The notes beneath the pieces were generated by a model that saw only the letters and a program-made list of their open reading frames with translations, was not told the origin of the DNA and searched no databases. Source: Anaerolineae bacterium (GTDB lineage Bacteria > Chloroflexota > Anaerolineae > Anaerolineales > E44-bin32). Taken from it: a stretch of 64,000 bases of DNA. Of the stretch, positions 31,934 to 42,428 are shown in pieces. Location of the stretch: assembly GCA_011192015.1 (NCBI GenBank), contig DUET01000064.1:9355-73354 (forward strand), read 5' to 3'. The position numbers and the translations under genes were made by a program. The first letter of the stretch is position 1. Every line of letters begins with the position of its first letter.

Positions 31934-32497
31934 CTATCGCTGCCTTAGCTCCGAAACGGCTTCGGATGAAACTTCCACGAACTCGCGACCCAGGAGCCCC
32001 GCAAGCAGGAACCGGGTGCTGCGTCTAGCCGACATGCTCAGGCGCAGGATGGTGATATGGGTATTGTAAGGATCATAGCCGCTCTGTGGATAGATGACCT
32101 CGATCTCCAGGATCTCTGCTGCAGCATCGTCGATGCCGTTGCGCCTGGCAAACGCCAAGGCCTCCGATTGTACCGAGGCACACATAGAGGCGCTTACGAG
32201 CGTTGCCCGATCGTCGTCCGTGAGCCAGGCGACAACATCTGCAGGAGAGGGCGTGGGAGTTGAAAAAGGAGAGTCCAGTACCGGCGTCTGCGCGATCGCG
32301 GTCTGACGGGCAACCGCCAATGTGACCATATGTTCAGCGACCAGGCTCATGCCTGCATCAGCTCCGGATTGCAGGCCGCGCTCCATCTGCGCCCTCTCGG
32401 TGTACAGCCGACCACCATCCACGGCCACTGCCAGGAAGAGCAGCACGACCGGGATCAGGATGGCGATCACGACGACAATCTGCCCCCTGCGATCCAT
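31934..32497 (-). CDS. tadG: TadG-like pilus assembly protein
   Basis: RRGQ prepilin-like start, LAVAVDGGRLY, QSGADAG. Confidence 0.75.
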   Translation of the reverse strand: MDRRGQIVVVIAILIPVVLLFLAVAVDGGRLYTERAQMERGLQSGADAGMSLVAEHMVTLAVARQTAIAQTPVLDSPFSTPTPSPADVVAWLTDDDRATLVSASMCASVQSEALAFARRNGIDDAAAEILEIEVIYPQSGYDPYNTHITILRLSMSARRSTRFLLAGLLGREFVEVSSEAVSELRQR

Positions 32498-32723
32498 GAT
32501 CCCTATCCTACCTCGATTGCCCTCAGTTCTCCAACACAAATCGAATGAAACCGCACGCGTTGGAAGCTTCGAGCATCCCACTCGAAGCCTGGCAAGCATG
32601 CGTTGGATACATAAATGGGAGGAAATCGATCGACGCGCACTTCCTTGCGCAATCAGCTTCTTGCAGCCCGAGGCGAGGTATGCTTCTCCGGATTACGTAC
32701 GCGCAGCGATCAGCCCCACAATG

Positions 32724-33557
32724 CTATAAGGATCCTGGCTTCCTCTTCAGCAGGCGTGGTCCCAGGAGATCCATAAGCCAGCCGAAACCCGCCTCGACCC
32801 AAGGCACAACCCCCAAGTACCAGGGAACATACACCACGCGGCGCGGTCTCTTCAGCAGCCCCCAGATACGATCGGCCACAAGCTGCGCCGAAATACCCAG
32901 ACTCTCTGCGGGGATCGACCTCCCGCCGTTGCGTCGCTTGGCGCTCTTGAAGAAACCGGTCGACACCGGACCCGGACGTATGATGCTCGCGAAAACCTTG
33001 CTCCCTCGCAGCTCCCTGTGGAGGGCCGTCGTGAAAGCATCCAGGAAGGATTTCGTGGCGCTGTAGAGCGCCACGCCCTGGCTGGGTATGCCGCCGGCGA
33101 TGGAACCGACGTTGATGATGTGCCCTGAATTCCGTGCCCGCATTTGAGGGAGGATCAGCGAGCTGAGATGCGCCACCGCCAGGGTGTTGACCTGGATCAT
33201 CTCGAGCGCCATCGACCACGGCATGTCGGCATAATACCCATACCAACCGATGCCTGCGTTATTGACCAGAATGTCTACCGGCCGTTTCTGTTTTGTGATC
33301 GTCTCGAAGACGCGCAGGCGCTCTTCCTCTCGAGATACATCCGCACAGAGGATTTCGGCATCGCCTCCGGATCGGTTGATCTCATCCGCCAGCTTGGCGA
33401 GCAGTTCCCCGCGCCGCGCCACCAGCATCAAGCTCAATCCCTGGGCTCCCAACTTGCGCGCCGTTGCCGCGCCGATGCCGCTGGACGCGCCGGTAACCAC
33501 GGCGAGTTTCTGCTTCCACGCATGTTGGGTTTTCCCGTTGTTCGTATCCTTCTTCAT
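32724..33557 (-). CDS. Classical SDR oxidoreductase
   Basis: TGASSGIG, NNAG, YSATK. Confidence 0.92.
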   Translation of the reverse strand: MKKDTNNGKTQHAWKQKLAVVTGASSGIGAATARKLGAQGLSLMLVARRGELLAKLADEINRSGGDAEILCADVSREEERLRVFETITKQKRPVDILVNNAGIGWYGYYADMPWSMALEMIQVNTLAVAHLSSLILPQMRARNSGHIINVGSIAGGIPSQGVALYSATKSFLDAFTTALHRELRGSKVFASIIRPGPVSTGFFKSAKRRNGGRSIPAESLGISAQLVADRIWGLLKRPRRVVYVPWYLGVVPWVEAGFGWLMDLLGPRLLKRKPGSL

Positions 33558-33689
33558 ACCGACTTCCTTCATACCAGCTCATCTCGAAACGAATTCTTGA
33601 GTCACGATCCCTTAGAGGTCAGGAGCCCTGCGATCGACGCCTTGCCGATCGGGCGCAATCTGCCTCGCGGGTCATGACCAGGAGGTTTT

Positions 33690-34694
33690 TCAGCGGGAGC
33701 GATTTTTCCGCATCAAACCGACGCCGTACTTCAACATCCAGCGAACGGTGTCCGTAATCGACACACGCAGCGAGCGGGGAGCATAGCCCAGCTCACGCGC
33801 GGCTTTGGCATGACTGATGTAGGAATTGCTGGATACCGTTTCGAGGGCATATTGGGTGAAGCGCGGTCGAATCTTCAGCATTCGATAGAGCGGTGTGGCC
33901 AGCGAGGCGCCGAATTTCGCAAGCTGCATGGGCAACGTAATTTGGAGCGCATTCAGGTTGACGACTTCCCGAACCGTGGCCATCAACTTGGGTATGGTGA
34001 TGCGCTCTCCGGATAGAATGTAATGCTCTCCCGTTCGCCCTCGCTCACAAGCCTGAATCAACCCACGTGCGACATCGCGCACATCGACGAAATCGTAGGC
34101 GCCATCCACACTGAATTGAACCTTCGCCTTGACGCTGTCCAGGATCAAGCGCCCCATCTCGGAAAGACGGTAATCGAAGGGCCCGATGACGCCTGTGGGA
34201 CAAACCACGACCGCATCCAATCCTTGCTTCACAGCTTCCAATACCATCAAGCTGGCCATGGCCTTGGAGGTGTCGTAGGCGCTGTTCAAGCCGCTTGTAT
34301 CGAAGGGTATGCTCTCATCGATAGTGAACTGCTCAGGGACGCGCTGGATGGCGTGGATCGAACTGGTGTAGATCAATCGCCGCACACCGGCATCCATCGC
34401 CGACCTGATGACATTCTCGGTTCCCTGCACATTGACGCGTTCCACCAGCGGATCCGCTCCAGGCATGATGCTGATCAATCCCGCCAGGTGGTAGACGATA
34501 TCCACACCTTGCATGGCGGCGTGCATCGCCACTTCGTCCAGTACGTTCCCTTCCATGATCTCAACTTCAAGATCCTGTAAAGGGCTGGGATCCTCACCAG
34601 GCAGCAGCAAGGCGCGAACGCGAGCGCCTCGTAAATAGAGTTCTCGTACCAACACATTACCGATGTGCCCTGTGGCACCCGTTACCAAGATCAT
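33690..34694 (-). CDS. Extended SDR (NAD-dependent epimerase / 3-beta-HSD / HpnA-like)
   Basis: ILVTGATGHIG, YTSS, YDTSK, FVDVRDVARG; ATGA overlap with the TetR gene. Confidence 0.9.
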   Translation of the reverse strand: MILVTGATGHIGNVLVRELYLRGARVRALLLPGEDPSPLQDLEVEIMEGNVLDEVAMHAAMQGVDIVYHLAGLISIMPGADPLVERVNVQGTENVIRSAMDAGVRRLIYTSSIHAIQRVPEQFTIDESIPFDTSGLNSAYDTSKAMASLMVLEAVKQGLDAVVVCPTGVIGPFDYRLSEMGRLILDSVKAKVQFSVDGAYDFVDVRDVARGLIQACERGRTGEHYILSGERITIPKLMATVREVVNLNALQITLPMQLAKFGASLATPLYRMLKIRPRFTQYALETVSSNSYISHAKAARELGYAPRSLRVSITDTVRWMLKYGVGLMRKNRSR

Positions 34695-35287
34695 TCCTCT
34701 CTCCTTGCCAAACCATCGAGTAAAAGGTGCATGCTTTGTGTGGCCACCTCTCCCCAATTCTCCCCTTGAGGATCGAGCACGTACTGCAGCAACATGCCGA
34801 TCGCCAGGGACACAATCATCAGCGCCGCCAGATGTGGGTTTACGTCCTTGAGGCTGCCTTCCGCAATGCCTTCCTTGATCAGCAGCTTGAAATACTTCTG
34901 GTAGCGATGGTAGGGAGCAATGGTCGCCTGCCAGATCTCAGGGTCCAGGCGCGCCTGCGACCAGAATTCGAGAAACATGGGCAGTCCCCCATCCGCCTCC
35001 TGGAAGATCCCCTTCGTGGTGTTCGCCATATGGATCATGGCTTGTGGGATGTCGGCCTTCTCCCACCGCGATTGATCCAGCGTGTTGTCGATTCGGTCCA
35101 GCCAGTTATCCAATAATTCCAGGAAGAGCATTTGCTTGGTGGGGAAATGGTGGTAGAAGGCTCCCTTGCTCAAGCCAGCCGCATCGCAGATCTCGGACAC
35201 CGACGTAGCCTCGTAGCCATGCTGCGCGAAGAGTGTTTGGGCCGTATCCACAATCTGCTTCCGTGTCTCCTCGCTACGCTGCTGCAT
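34691..35287 (-). CDS. TetR/AcrR family regulator
   Basis: TSVSEICDAAGLSKGAFYHHFPTK. Confidence 0.95.
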   Translation of the reverse strand: MQQRSEETRKQIVDTAQTLFAQHGYEATSVSEICDAAGLSKGAFYHHFPTKQMLFLELLDNWLDRIDNTLDQSRWEKADIPQAMIHMANTTKGIFQEADGGLPMFLEFWSQARLDPEIWQATIAPYHRYQKYFKLLIKEGIAEGSLKDVNPHLAALMIVSLAIGMLLQYVLDPQGENWGEVATQSMHLLLDGLARREE

Positions 35288-35338
35288 TGCATTCTCCTTG
35301 AGGGCTGCGTGGACTACGACCCATCCACATCAAAACAT

Positions 35339-35352
35339 ACCGACTGGTCGGT
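35339..35352. promoter_or_regulatory. Putative TetR operator
   Basis: Palindrome ACCGAC-TG-GTCGGT about 50 bp upstream of the TetR start. Confidence 0.6.
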
Positions 35353-35423
35353 TTGATTCTACCTCAAATCAGAAGATCGTCAAGAAGTACGTTGGTCGTA
35401 GAGCGTGGTTTTCTTCTTCGGGT

Positions 35424-35915
35424 TCAAGGAGGATTCTGATATTCCATGCGGCTCGTGGCCTGCGAGCGCAGCTTCAGCATCGTCGGGAAGGGAAGACTCA
35501 ATCGTAATTCGTACTCCACCCTCACGGTCAGGGGCTTGCCTCTCGGTTCAGGCCACGGCAGGTTGCGCGGAGCCTGGTTCTCCTGCGGTTCGATCTCGAT
35601 ACTGGCCTGTGAGGCATCCAGGGGCCTCAATGCCGCGTTCACAGCGCCGTAGATCTGCGCATCGCTCTCACCGGCATCTCGATCCAGCGTTGCGCCGGCG
35701 CGCGCCCCCTCCCATGCGGCTTGTGTGATCACAATCTGCGTATTGACCACAACGCCAAGATTGATCAACCCCAGGATCAGCAGCAGAAGAATCGGCAGGA
35801 CAATGGCAAACTCCACCACGCCCTGTCCTCCTCCCGATCGTCTCCGGCTTCGGAATGCCGCAGGCGTAGCGGGAGAATTGAACGAGGTCTTCGGCATGTG
35901 CCTCATCATCCACAC
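35424..35915 (-). CDS. tadE: TadE-like pseudopilin
   Basis: GQGVVEFAIVLPILLLL...AAWEGARAG. Confidence 0.9.
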   Translation of the reverse strand: MWMMRHMPKTSFNSPATPAAFRSRRRSGGGQGVVEFAIVLPILLLLILGLINLGVVVNTQIVITQAAWEGARAGATLDRDAGESDAQIYGAVNAALRPLDASQASIEIEPQENQAPRNLPWPEPRGKPLTVRVEYELRLSLPFPTMLKLRSQATSRMEYQNPP

Positions 35916-35919
35916 TCAC

Positions 35920-36783
35920 TCATTGACCCAGAAAGAGGTGCAGCAGAGGCGGGGCCAGATAGATGATCAGCAGAGATGGCAGGAAGAAGAACACCAATGG
36001 GAAGACGATCAAGATCGGGAGGCGGCGACTGGCCTCATGGGCACGGCGCTTGCGGCGTGTCCGCAGGAGATCGGTTTGAACCCGCAGGGTTTTCGCCAGT
36101 GAAGTTCCCAGACGATCGGCCTGCTTCACGGCAGCTGTGAAGGCGCGCAGGTCGTGAGAGTAGATGTTTTCGGTCAATGCATCCAGGGCTTCGCTTCTCA
36201 CATGGCCGCGATCGAGTCGACTTACAAGCCTGCGCAGTTCGTCGCCAAGCAGACCGGAAAAATCGACCGCTGTGCGGCGTAAGGCGATCTCAAACCCAAG
36301 CCCTGCTTCCAAACCCAGTGCCAGCCGATCGAGGAAATCAGGAAGGGAGATATCACTCTCCTGCTGCCTGCGTTCGATCCTCCTGCGCAGAAACACTCCC
36401 GACCACAGAACACTCGATGCAACTGCCAGCGCTGCCAGGAACTGCCCCATCAAATCCCCATGCCGCCAGATGGCCATCGCGCAACCACCGATCACACCGA
36501 CCCAGAGAACCAGCCAGCGCAGGGCTGCGAATTCCTTCGCATGCAAATCGAGACCGGCGTGTTTCAGTTTCTGCTCCATCTGCGGATCTCCCCAGCGACG
36601 TCGAACCGGCTCTGGAACCGGAACCATTCGCAGCACTACCGCTAACCTTGCCAATTCGAACTTCGGTCGGCGGCGGCTGGCCGCAGCAGACTGCTTCCAC
36701 GCCAGAAATTCGACCAGCGCAATCCCCAGAACTGCACCGGAGAGGGATGCCAGGAGAGTGATCGTGATGGTTGTGGCATTCAT
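35920..36783 (-). CDS. tadC: Tad inner membrane protein TadC (T2SSF)
   Basis: LPDFLDRLALGLEAGL, QADRLGTSLAKTLR, PLVFFFLP. Confidence 0.88.
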   Translation of the reverse strand: MNATTITITLLASLSGAVLGIALVEFLAWKQSAAASRRRPKFELARLAVVLRMVPVPEPVRRRWGDPQMEQKLKHAGLDLHAKEFAALRWLVLWVGVIGGCAMAIWRHGDLMGQFLAALAVASSVLWSGVFLRRRIERRQQESDISLPDFLDRLALGLEAGLGFEIALRRTAVDFSGLLGDELRRLVSRLDRGHVRSEALDALTENIYSHDLRAFTAAVKQADRLGTSLAKTLRVQTDLLRTRRKRRAHEASRRLPILIVFPLVFFFLPSLLIIYLAPPLLHLFLGQ

Positions 36784-36791
36784 TCCGACCT

Positions 36792-37892
36792 CTAATAGCG
36801 TACACGCACCAGGCGGGAGATGATCCACCAGCCGATGAAGAGCAACAGCAAGGCGATCACCAGCAGCACCTGCCCCTCGATGGTTTCGAAGAGCACGTCG
36901 ATGTAGGCAGGATTGAAGAGCAGCAGTATGGTCGCCGAGACCGGGACCAAGGCTGCGATCACGATCCCCGAGAAGCGCCCCTGAGTCGTAACCGTCCGCA
37001 CCTCTCGTTCCAATTCGACGCGTTCGCGCAGCAAGTCTGCAGTTTCCTCCAGCATGCGCACGAGGTCGCCGCCGAAACGCCGCTGCAGCACGATGCCTTC
37101 GATGACCAGGGCAAGTGATTCCTCAGGTTGTTCGTCAAGCAAGCTGCGCAAGGCCTCCTCGACCGGAATGCCCAACGTCATGCGCCTTGAAAGTTTGCCC
37201 ATCACATACCGGATTGGATCGGGAAGCTCCTGACGGGAAAAATCGACCGCCTGCGGCAGGGAGAGACCTGCAGCAAGTCCTGCAGCCAGCGAATCTAGAG
37301 CCTGCGGTAGCTGATCGCCAAAACGCCGGCGCTGGTTCGAGGCACGGCTGGCGACAAGCGCTCTGGGCAGAAAGGGAAGCCCCACGGCCATGGTCAAACC
37401 AACGATCGTGCCGGCCACACGGTGGCCGAAGACCCATCCAGCCGCCGCGGTCAACGCCAGGAAAAGAAAGTAGCGCGAGGGTTTCTCACCGAGCCCGGTG
37501 TCCTTCCAATCCTCGGCCAATCGGCTCCCCGCTCTTGTACGCAGAAGTGGGGAGCACACCCACTCGAGGGGATCCGGCAGCTGCTGCATCCACTGACTCA
37601 ACCTGCTTGGACGCGAAAGTCTATCCAATCCCGTACTGCGCTCGGCTTTCCTCAGCCAGCCGCGACGGCGCGCCTCGGATTCTCCCCACAGTACGCATGC
37701 CAACGTTGCGCTCACGATCACCAACGCCGCGAAGATCGAGGGCAGGAGAGACTCCTGCTCGTGAATCAGGGTCCACAGAGTATGGCGAAACGACCAGCCC
37801 AGGATGGTTACAAGCGCCATCACCAACGCACCCGGGAGTGCATACGGTCCTTTCAAGCGAACCGCCGGCGGATCCCGTCTCCGCATATTCAT
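36792..37892 (-). CDS. tadB: Tad inner membrane protein TadB
   Basis: QLPQALDSLAAGLAAGLSL, QRRFGGDL, TTQGRFSG. Confidence 0.88.
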   Translation of the reverse strand: MNMRRRDPPAVRLKGPYALPGALVMALVTILGWSFRHTLWTLIHEQESLLPSIFAALVIVSATLACVLWGESEARRRGWLRKAERSTGLDRLSRPSRLSQWMQQLPDPLEWVCSPLLRTRAGSRLAEDWKDTGLGEKPSRYFLFLALTAAAGWVFGHRVAGTIVGLTMAVGLPFLPRALVASRASNQRRRFGDQLPQALDSLAAGLAAGLSLPQAVDFSRQELPDPIRYVMGKLSRRMTLGIPVEEALRSLLDEQPEESLALVIEGIVLQRRFGGDLVRMLEETADLLRERVELEREVRTVTTQGRFSGIVIAALVPVSATILLLFNPAYIDVLFETIEGQVLLVIALLLLFIGWWIISRLVRVRY

Positions 37893-37971
37893 CTTTCCCC
37901 TTCAGTTTTTCAAAAGCGCCCGACACTGGCCTCAGGAATTTCCCTGATCCAAAACTCATGCGTCAGCGGGT

Positions 37972-39186
37972 TCATGATTTCTTCTTGGTGGCGAGTTTCA
38001 CGGCCTGGTGTTTTCCCTTCCGCACGTTGTAGAAGAAGCGAGGGATCAGATCGACTTGTTCCAAATTGCTGCGATCCACGGACATGATCGCCGTGATCAC
38101 GCGCCTTCCATCCGGCAGACGGTCTTGTTGGACCACGATCTCGATCGCACCGGCGATCATGCGCCGGATGGCGCTGACGGGCATGTCGAAACCGGCCATG
38201 AGAACCATGGATTCGAGGCGAATCAAGGCGTCATCGGGCGAATTTGCGTGCAGCGTGGTCATCGAACCGCGATGCCCCGTGTTCATGGCTTGTAGCATGT
38301 CGAAGGCTTCACCCCCGCGCACTTCGCCCACGATGATGCGATCCGGTCGCATGCGCAGGGCATTGCGCACCAACGTGCGAATAGGGATCTCTCCTTCCCC
38401 CTCGATGTTCGGCGGGCGTGATTCGAGCGAAACCAGATGGGGATGATCGAGTTGCAGTTCGGCGGAGTCCTCGATGGTGATGATGCGCTCGCCGGATTGA
38501 ATGCAGAATCCCAGAGCGTTCAAGGTCGAGGTCTTGCCGGAGCCGGTTCCCCCGGAGATGATCATGCTCATCCTGTTGTGGACGCATTTCGTGAGGAAAT
38601 CCGCCATCTGCACATCGATTGTCCCTAATGAGACAAGACGCTCCAGTGTGAAGGGCTGCCGCGAAAACTTGCGGATCGTCAGCACGGGGCCTTCGATGGC
38701 CAGAGGCGGAATGATGGCGTTCACGCGCGACCCGTCCGGTAGCCGGGCATCCACGAGGGGGGAGCTCTCATCGATGCGCCGCCCGATCGGCGCCACGATG
38801 CGATCGATGACATGGCGCAGGTGGGTTTCGTCCCGAAATCGTACATCCACCTGCTCGATGCGCCCATCGCGTTCGATGAAAACGTTCTCCGGATCGTTGA
38901 CCATGATCTCGCTGATCGTGGGATCTTCGAGCAGCAATTCCAGCGGTCCAAAACCCACGATGCGATCCACGATCGCGCGTGTCAACAGTGCGCGCTGTTC
39001 AAGGCTCAGGATCTGAGGTTGGGATTCGACCACGCGCTCGACCCGCCGCATGAGGAATTCCCTGCTGGGCGGAAGCTGAAGATTTCCACCTTCGGCCTCC
39101 TTCTCTAGGGCGGAGGAAATGCGCTGATGGATCTCATCCTCCAGCGCCTGCAGTTCCTGCCGGCTCTCCACGGGCCCTTCACTCAA
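37972..39186 (-). CDS. cpaF: Tad pilus ATPase CpaF/TadA
   Basis: [35 protein letters not shown]. Confidence 0.95.
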   Translation of the reverse strand: MSEGPVESRQELQALEDEIHQRISSALEKEAEGGNLQLPPSREFLMRRVERVVESQPQILSLEQRALLTRAIVDRIVGFGPLELLLEDPTISEIMVNDPENVFIERDGRIEQVDVRFRDETHLRHVIDRIVAPIGRRIDESSPLVDARLPDGSRVNAIIPPLAIEGPVLTIRKFSRQPFTLERLVSLGTIDVQMADFLTKCVHNRMSMIISGGTGSGKTSTLNALGFCIQSGERIITIEDSAELQLDHPHLVSLESRPPNIEGEGEIPIRTLVRNALRMRPDRIIVGEVRGGEAFDMLQAMNTGHRGSMTTLHANSPDDALIRLESMVLMAGFDMPVSAIRRMIAGAIEIVVQQDRLPDGRRVITAIMSVDRSNLEQVDLIPRFFYNVRKGKHQAVKLATKKKS

Positions 39187-39968
39187 CCCTGTTCCTCCTG
39201 GTTATTGGCCCTTCCCGACTCTTTCTCCTCAACCGCAATGCCCATGGCCGCCCTGCTTCCCACTCCTGTGTCCATCAATCTGGCGGCAAGATGCCCCACA
39301 GCCTGTCCATAGGAGCTATCAGGATCACCGACACAGGGCCTTCCGAAATGGACCTGCCGAGCTACGGCGGGGGCATCCAACGGCAGGACGGCGGTGAGCG
39401 GCAGTCCGATGGAAGCCGCCACGGATGCGGGATGTGCGGGATGATCCCTGGTGATTTGATTGAGCACCAAGGCGGTCTTTGGAACGAGATCGTCTGGCAG
39501 CGTGTCCACGATTCGGTTTGCGGAACGCAGCGCGGGAGGATCGAGCGTGCTCACGATCAACAAGACATCGATGAGGGGGATCACCGACTGCGCCACATGG
39601 ATCTGCGCATGGGGAAGGTCCAGCAGGAGCCAGGAGAAACGCCCCGCCAGGTCCTTCCAAAGGTTCACCATGATGTCAAGCTTCGGCTGGCGCTCCTCTC
39701 GATCCGGAGCCGCCAGAAACCAGAGACCGCTCTCATGATGTGCAAGGGTCAGTTCCAGGTGATGCTGGGTGATCTCCCCTGCCACCGGCAGCAGATCCTG
39801 CCACGATTTCTCGACCGTCAAATCCAGCAGCAGATCATCATAGCCAAGCCGCGCATGGAGGTCGATCAGCAGACAGGGCTCCCTGGCCGCCAGCGCGATG
39901 CCGAGATTGGTGGCCAGCAAAGAAGCTCCACTCCCACCTTTTACGCCGCGGATGCCCACTACGGCCAT
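39183..39968 (-). CDS. cpaE: CpaE/TadZ MinD-like ATPase
   Basis: Degenerate deviant Walker A KGGSGAS; position in operon. Confidence 0.85.
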   Translation of the reverse strand: MAVVGIRGVKGGSGASLLATNLGIALAAREPCLLIDLHARLGYDDLLLDLTVEKSWQDLLPVAGEITQHHLELTLAHHESGLWFLAAPDREERQPKLDIMVNLWKDLAGRFSWLLLDLPHAQIHVAQSVIPLIDVLLIVSTLDPPALRSANRIVDTLPDDLVPKTALVLNQITRDHPAHPASVAASIGLPLTAVLPLDAPAVARQVHFGRPCVGDPDSSYGQAVGHLAARLMDTGVGSRAAMGIAVEEKESGRANNQEEQG

Positions 39969-39971
39969 GCG

Positions 39972-40643
39972 CTATCGCCCTTGGGGTCTCAAGAGAGGCA
40001 GCAAGGCAAAACCGTTGCTCCTGGCATACAACACCGCCTTGGCTTCTTCCATTGTCACGGCCAGGGTCAGCCGGTCGGGATTCTCACCCGCACCGGGGAT
40101 TTGCAGGACTTCGATGCCACTGACGATCAAGGCTGCATCTTCGAGGGGACTGCCGGCCTGATAGGCCAGGAGCTCGATCCGATCTCCCGCTGCCAATTCC
40201 GGCATGGGACTGACCAGCCACCCCGCGGGTAAAGTCATCGCCCAGCGGCCATCCGGAAGACGGGAAGACAGCCCTTCGCCAGGTCCACCGCTCACCTTCC
40301 CTTCCAGGATGACCTCGCCTGCCGCGATAGGGACCAGTGCGACGCGACCTGCAGCCTGGGATACGGATGTCAGATACCCGGAGGGAAGCACGGCCTCGGG
40401 TACATCCCGGACTTCCAGCATGTCCTCACTGAGCTGTGTGCCCGGACGGATGTCCCGGCTGGCAACCAGAGCCCCGCCGGTGGGTACGGCAGCCGCGCGA
40501 ACCTCCTGCAGGTAGTTGTAGGTCAGCAAACCTGCGATCGCAGCGAGCAGGACAGACGCCAAGACATAGAAGGGGGCTCTGCGCCGCGCGCTGCTGTGCC
40601 AGCTTGGTGTGGTTTGAGAAGCCGTGGGATTGTTCTGCGCCAT
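39972..40643 (-). CDS. cpaB: Flp pilus assembly protein CpaB (SAF domain)
   Basis: TM helix + LVASRDIRPGTQL SAF motif; GDRIELL; TLAVT. Confidence 0.85.
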   Translation of the reverse strand: MAQNNPTASQTTPSWHSSARRRAPFYVLASVLLAAIAGLLTYNYLQEVRAAAVPTGGALVASRDIRPGTQLSEDMLEVRDVPEAVLPSGYLTSVSQAAGRVALVPIAAGEVILEGKVSGGPGEGLSSRLPDGRWAMTLPAGWLVSPMPELAAGDRIELLAYQAGSPLEDAALIVSGIEVLQIPGAGENPDRLTLAVTMEEAKAVLYARSNGFALLPLLRPQGR

Positions 40644-40747
40644 GCACTCCCCCTTTCTGATTCTGCACTCTGATTTGGTATGGTGGTTATTAGATGTCGT
40701 CGCCCCCCTAACATTGTAGAACATGGGACTGGTTCAAGGCAACAACA

Positions 40748-42229
40748 TCAAAGTTGAGCCCTCAGCACGTCCAGGATCCTCACCATCGCTAAGGTGTCCA
40801 GCTTGCAGTACTCCCAGAGATCGTCGCGCTGCACAGCATATGCTTCCGGATCCGCCTGTTCTGAGTGTTCCAGGTACACCGCCATCGCCTCGGTCCCGTT
40901 CTGGATCCCGAGCGCGCCGTACGACAGGTCGGGCGCAAGCGCCGGCAGGACTGCTTTGAGCGACGTGGACCCACCCATGGCCGGCAAGTAGAACCACTGC
41001 TTTCCGAACGGATCGCGCAGGTCGACCAGGCGCTCGATGCGCTGATCCATGGCGGTCCTGTACGCAGGGAACTGATCGCCGAGAGCGTTCAACACGCCTT
41101 TCTCAAAGCTCTTGTAGTAAACGACGATGCTCCCAGCGCCCTCTGTGGCGGGAAGCAGGGAATCCAGGAACGCCTGCCGGGGATCTTCGCCGGGTTCGGC
41201 AAGGAATCCCGAATGCACAACCTCCCCTCCCGGCTCGCGCTGGATGTGCAGGGAGTACTGAAAGGGCACATGGTTGTAGGGGCGAAGTCCATCCCAGGGT
41301 GGTATGGGCAATGCGAAGGTTTCAAAGTCGAGATAGGAAAGAGGATAGGCAAGCGATTCGATAAACGCCTGAATTCTCTCACGCTCGATGATCGTTTCCC
41401 CCGCTTTGTGGGCACGGATATGAAAGAGAGAGCGTTTGCCCACCGGGAAACCATCGGGGATCTCTTCAATCCGGGTGATCCCCTCCTCGTAAAGTTCGAA
41501 GGCCTTCTTCCCGATGTAGTAAACGTCGAAGACCGAAGGGGTGGGAAGATGCTGCCAGCAGTGCTCTCTGAAGTCGCAGACTCTGGGATCGTTACAGTGT
41601 GTTCCGATTTCACGTTGGGGAACTTCATCGAGCTCGAACAACCGCCGGGATTCCTCGACGCTGCGCTCGACCTCTCCCTCCAGCTCGAGGACTTCCTTCA
41701 ACAGAGAGACCTCGGTGAAGAGTGCATCGAAATCGAGTTCACCCTCCCGGGCATAATCGCTGTTCACGTGCAGCAGGCTGGCATCTTCCAGCCTGAGCCC
41801 GGCGCCGCGCAGCACAAAAGCTTGCACGGCGACATCCCACAGGTGTTCATCTTCCATCCTGGTGGTGCTCTTGACCTCGATCAGGCGCCAGCCTGATTGC
41901 CCTCGGACAAGGATGTCAACCAGAATAAACACACCGCCACTTTGAAAGGCGGCCTCGTAGATCACATCCACTCCGCCCTCGATCAGGTCCCGGGTGCGTT
42001 GCAAAGATGCCTGGATTTGACCGGGAATGCGGCCGACCTTGCCACCGGGATAACGCCGCCGCGCCACCTGGCCGACTTCCTGTCCCTGGCGCATGCGCAT
42101 GCGCGCGTCGGCATCCAGCGGATCACGCAGTTCGCCACGCAGCGCATCGAGCATCAAGGATTTACCGCACCGCAGACCCCGCAGGAAGGTCGATTTCGTC
42201 AGGATGTGTGTATCGTGTGAGGGTCCCAT
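40748..42229 (-). CDS. DUF2779 protein: Cas4/RecB-like PD-(D/E)xK nuclease + DEDD exonuclease-like domain
   Basis: N-terminal Cys, DIL..IEVK, HCNDPRVCDFREHC; C-terminal YLDFET, PFQYS, FEK, SLK, YCKLD. Confidence 0.8.
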   Translation of the reverse strand: MGPSHDTHILTKSTFLRGLRCGKSLMLDALRGELRDPLDADARMRMRQGQEVGQVARRRYPGGKVGRIPGQIQASLQRTRDLIEGGVDVIYEAAFQSGGVFILVDILVRGQSGWRLIEVKSTTRMEDEHLWDVAVQAFVLRGAGLRLEDASLLHVNSDYAREGELDFDALFTEVSLLKEVLELEGEVERSVEESRRLFELDEVPQREIGTHCNDPRVCDFREHCWQHLPTPSVFDVYYIGKKAFELYEEGITRIEEIPDGFPVGKRSLFHIRAHKAGETIIERERIQAFIESLAYPLSYLDFETFALPIPPWDGLRPYNHVPFQYSLHIQREPGGEVVHSGFLAEPGEDPRQAFLDSLLPATEGAGSIVVYYKSFEKGVLNALGDQFPAYRTAMDQRIERLVDLRDPFGKQWFYLPAMGGSTSLKAVLPALAPDLSYGALGIQNGTEAMAVYLEHSEQADPEAYAVQRDDLWEYCKLDTLAMVRILDVLRAQL

Positions 42230-42428
42230 GGTTGAATCTTCAAAACGCTGGGCTGCAAGCCGGACATCGGCAACATACAAGCAGCCATGAATGTCAATCG
42301 TCATGGAATGTCTCAGGCGAAACGGTCCGGCTGAGGAAATTCCACTCCGATTATCGCACACATCTTGCTGAGCCGCTGTGCACCATTTGCAACTCAACCA
42401 CTGTCGTTTCGTTCTGTTGCGTTGATAC

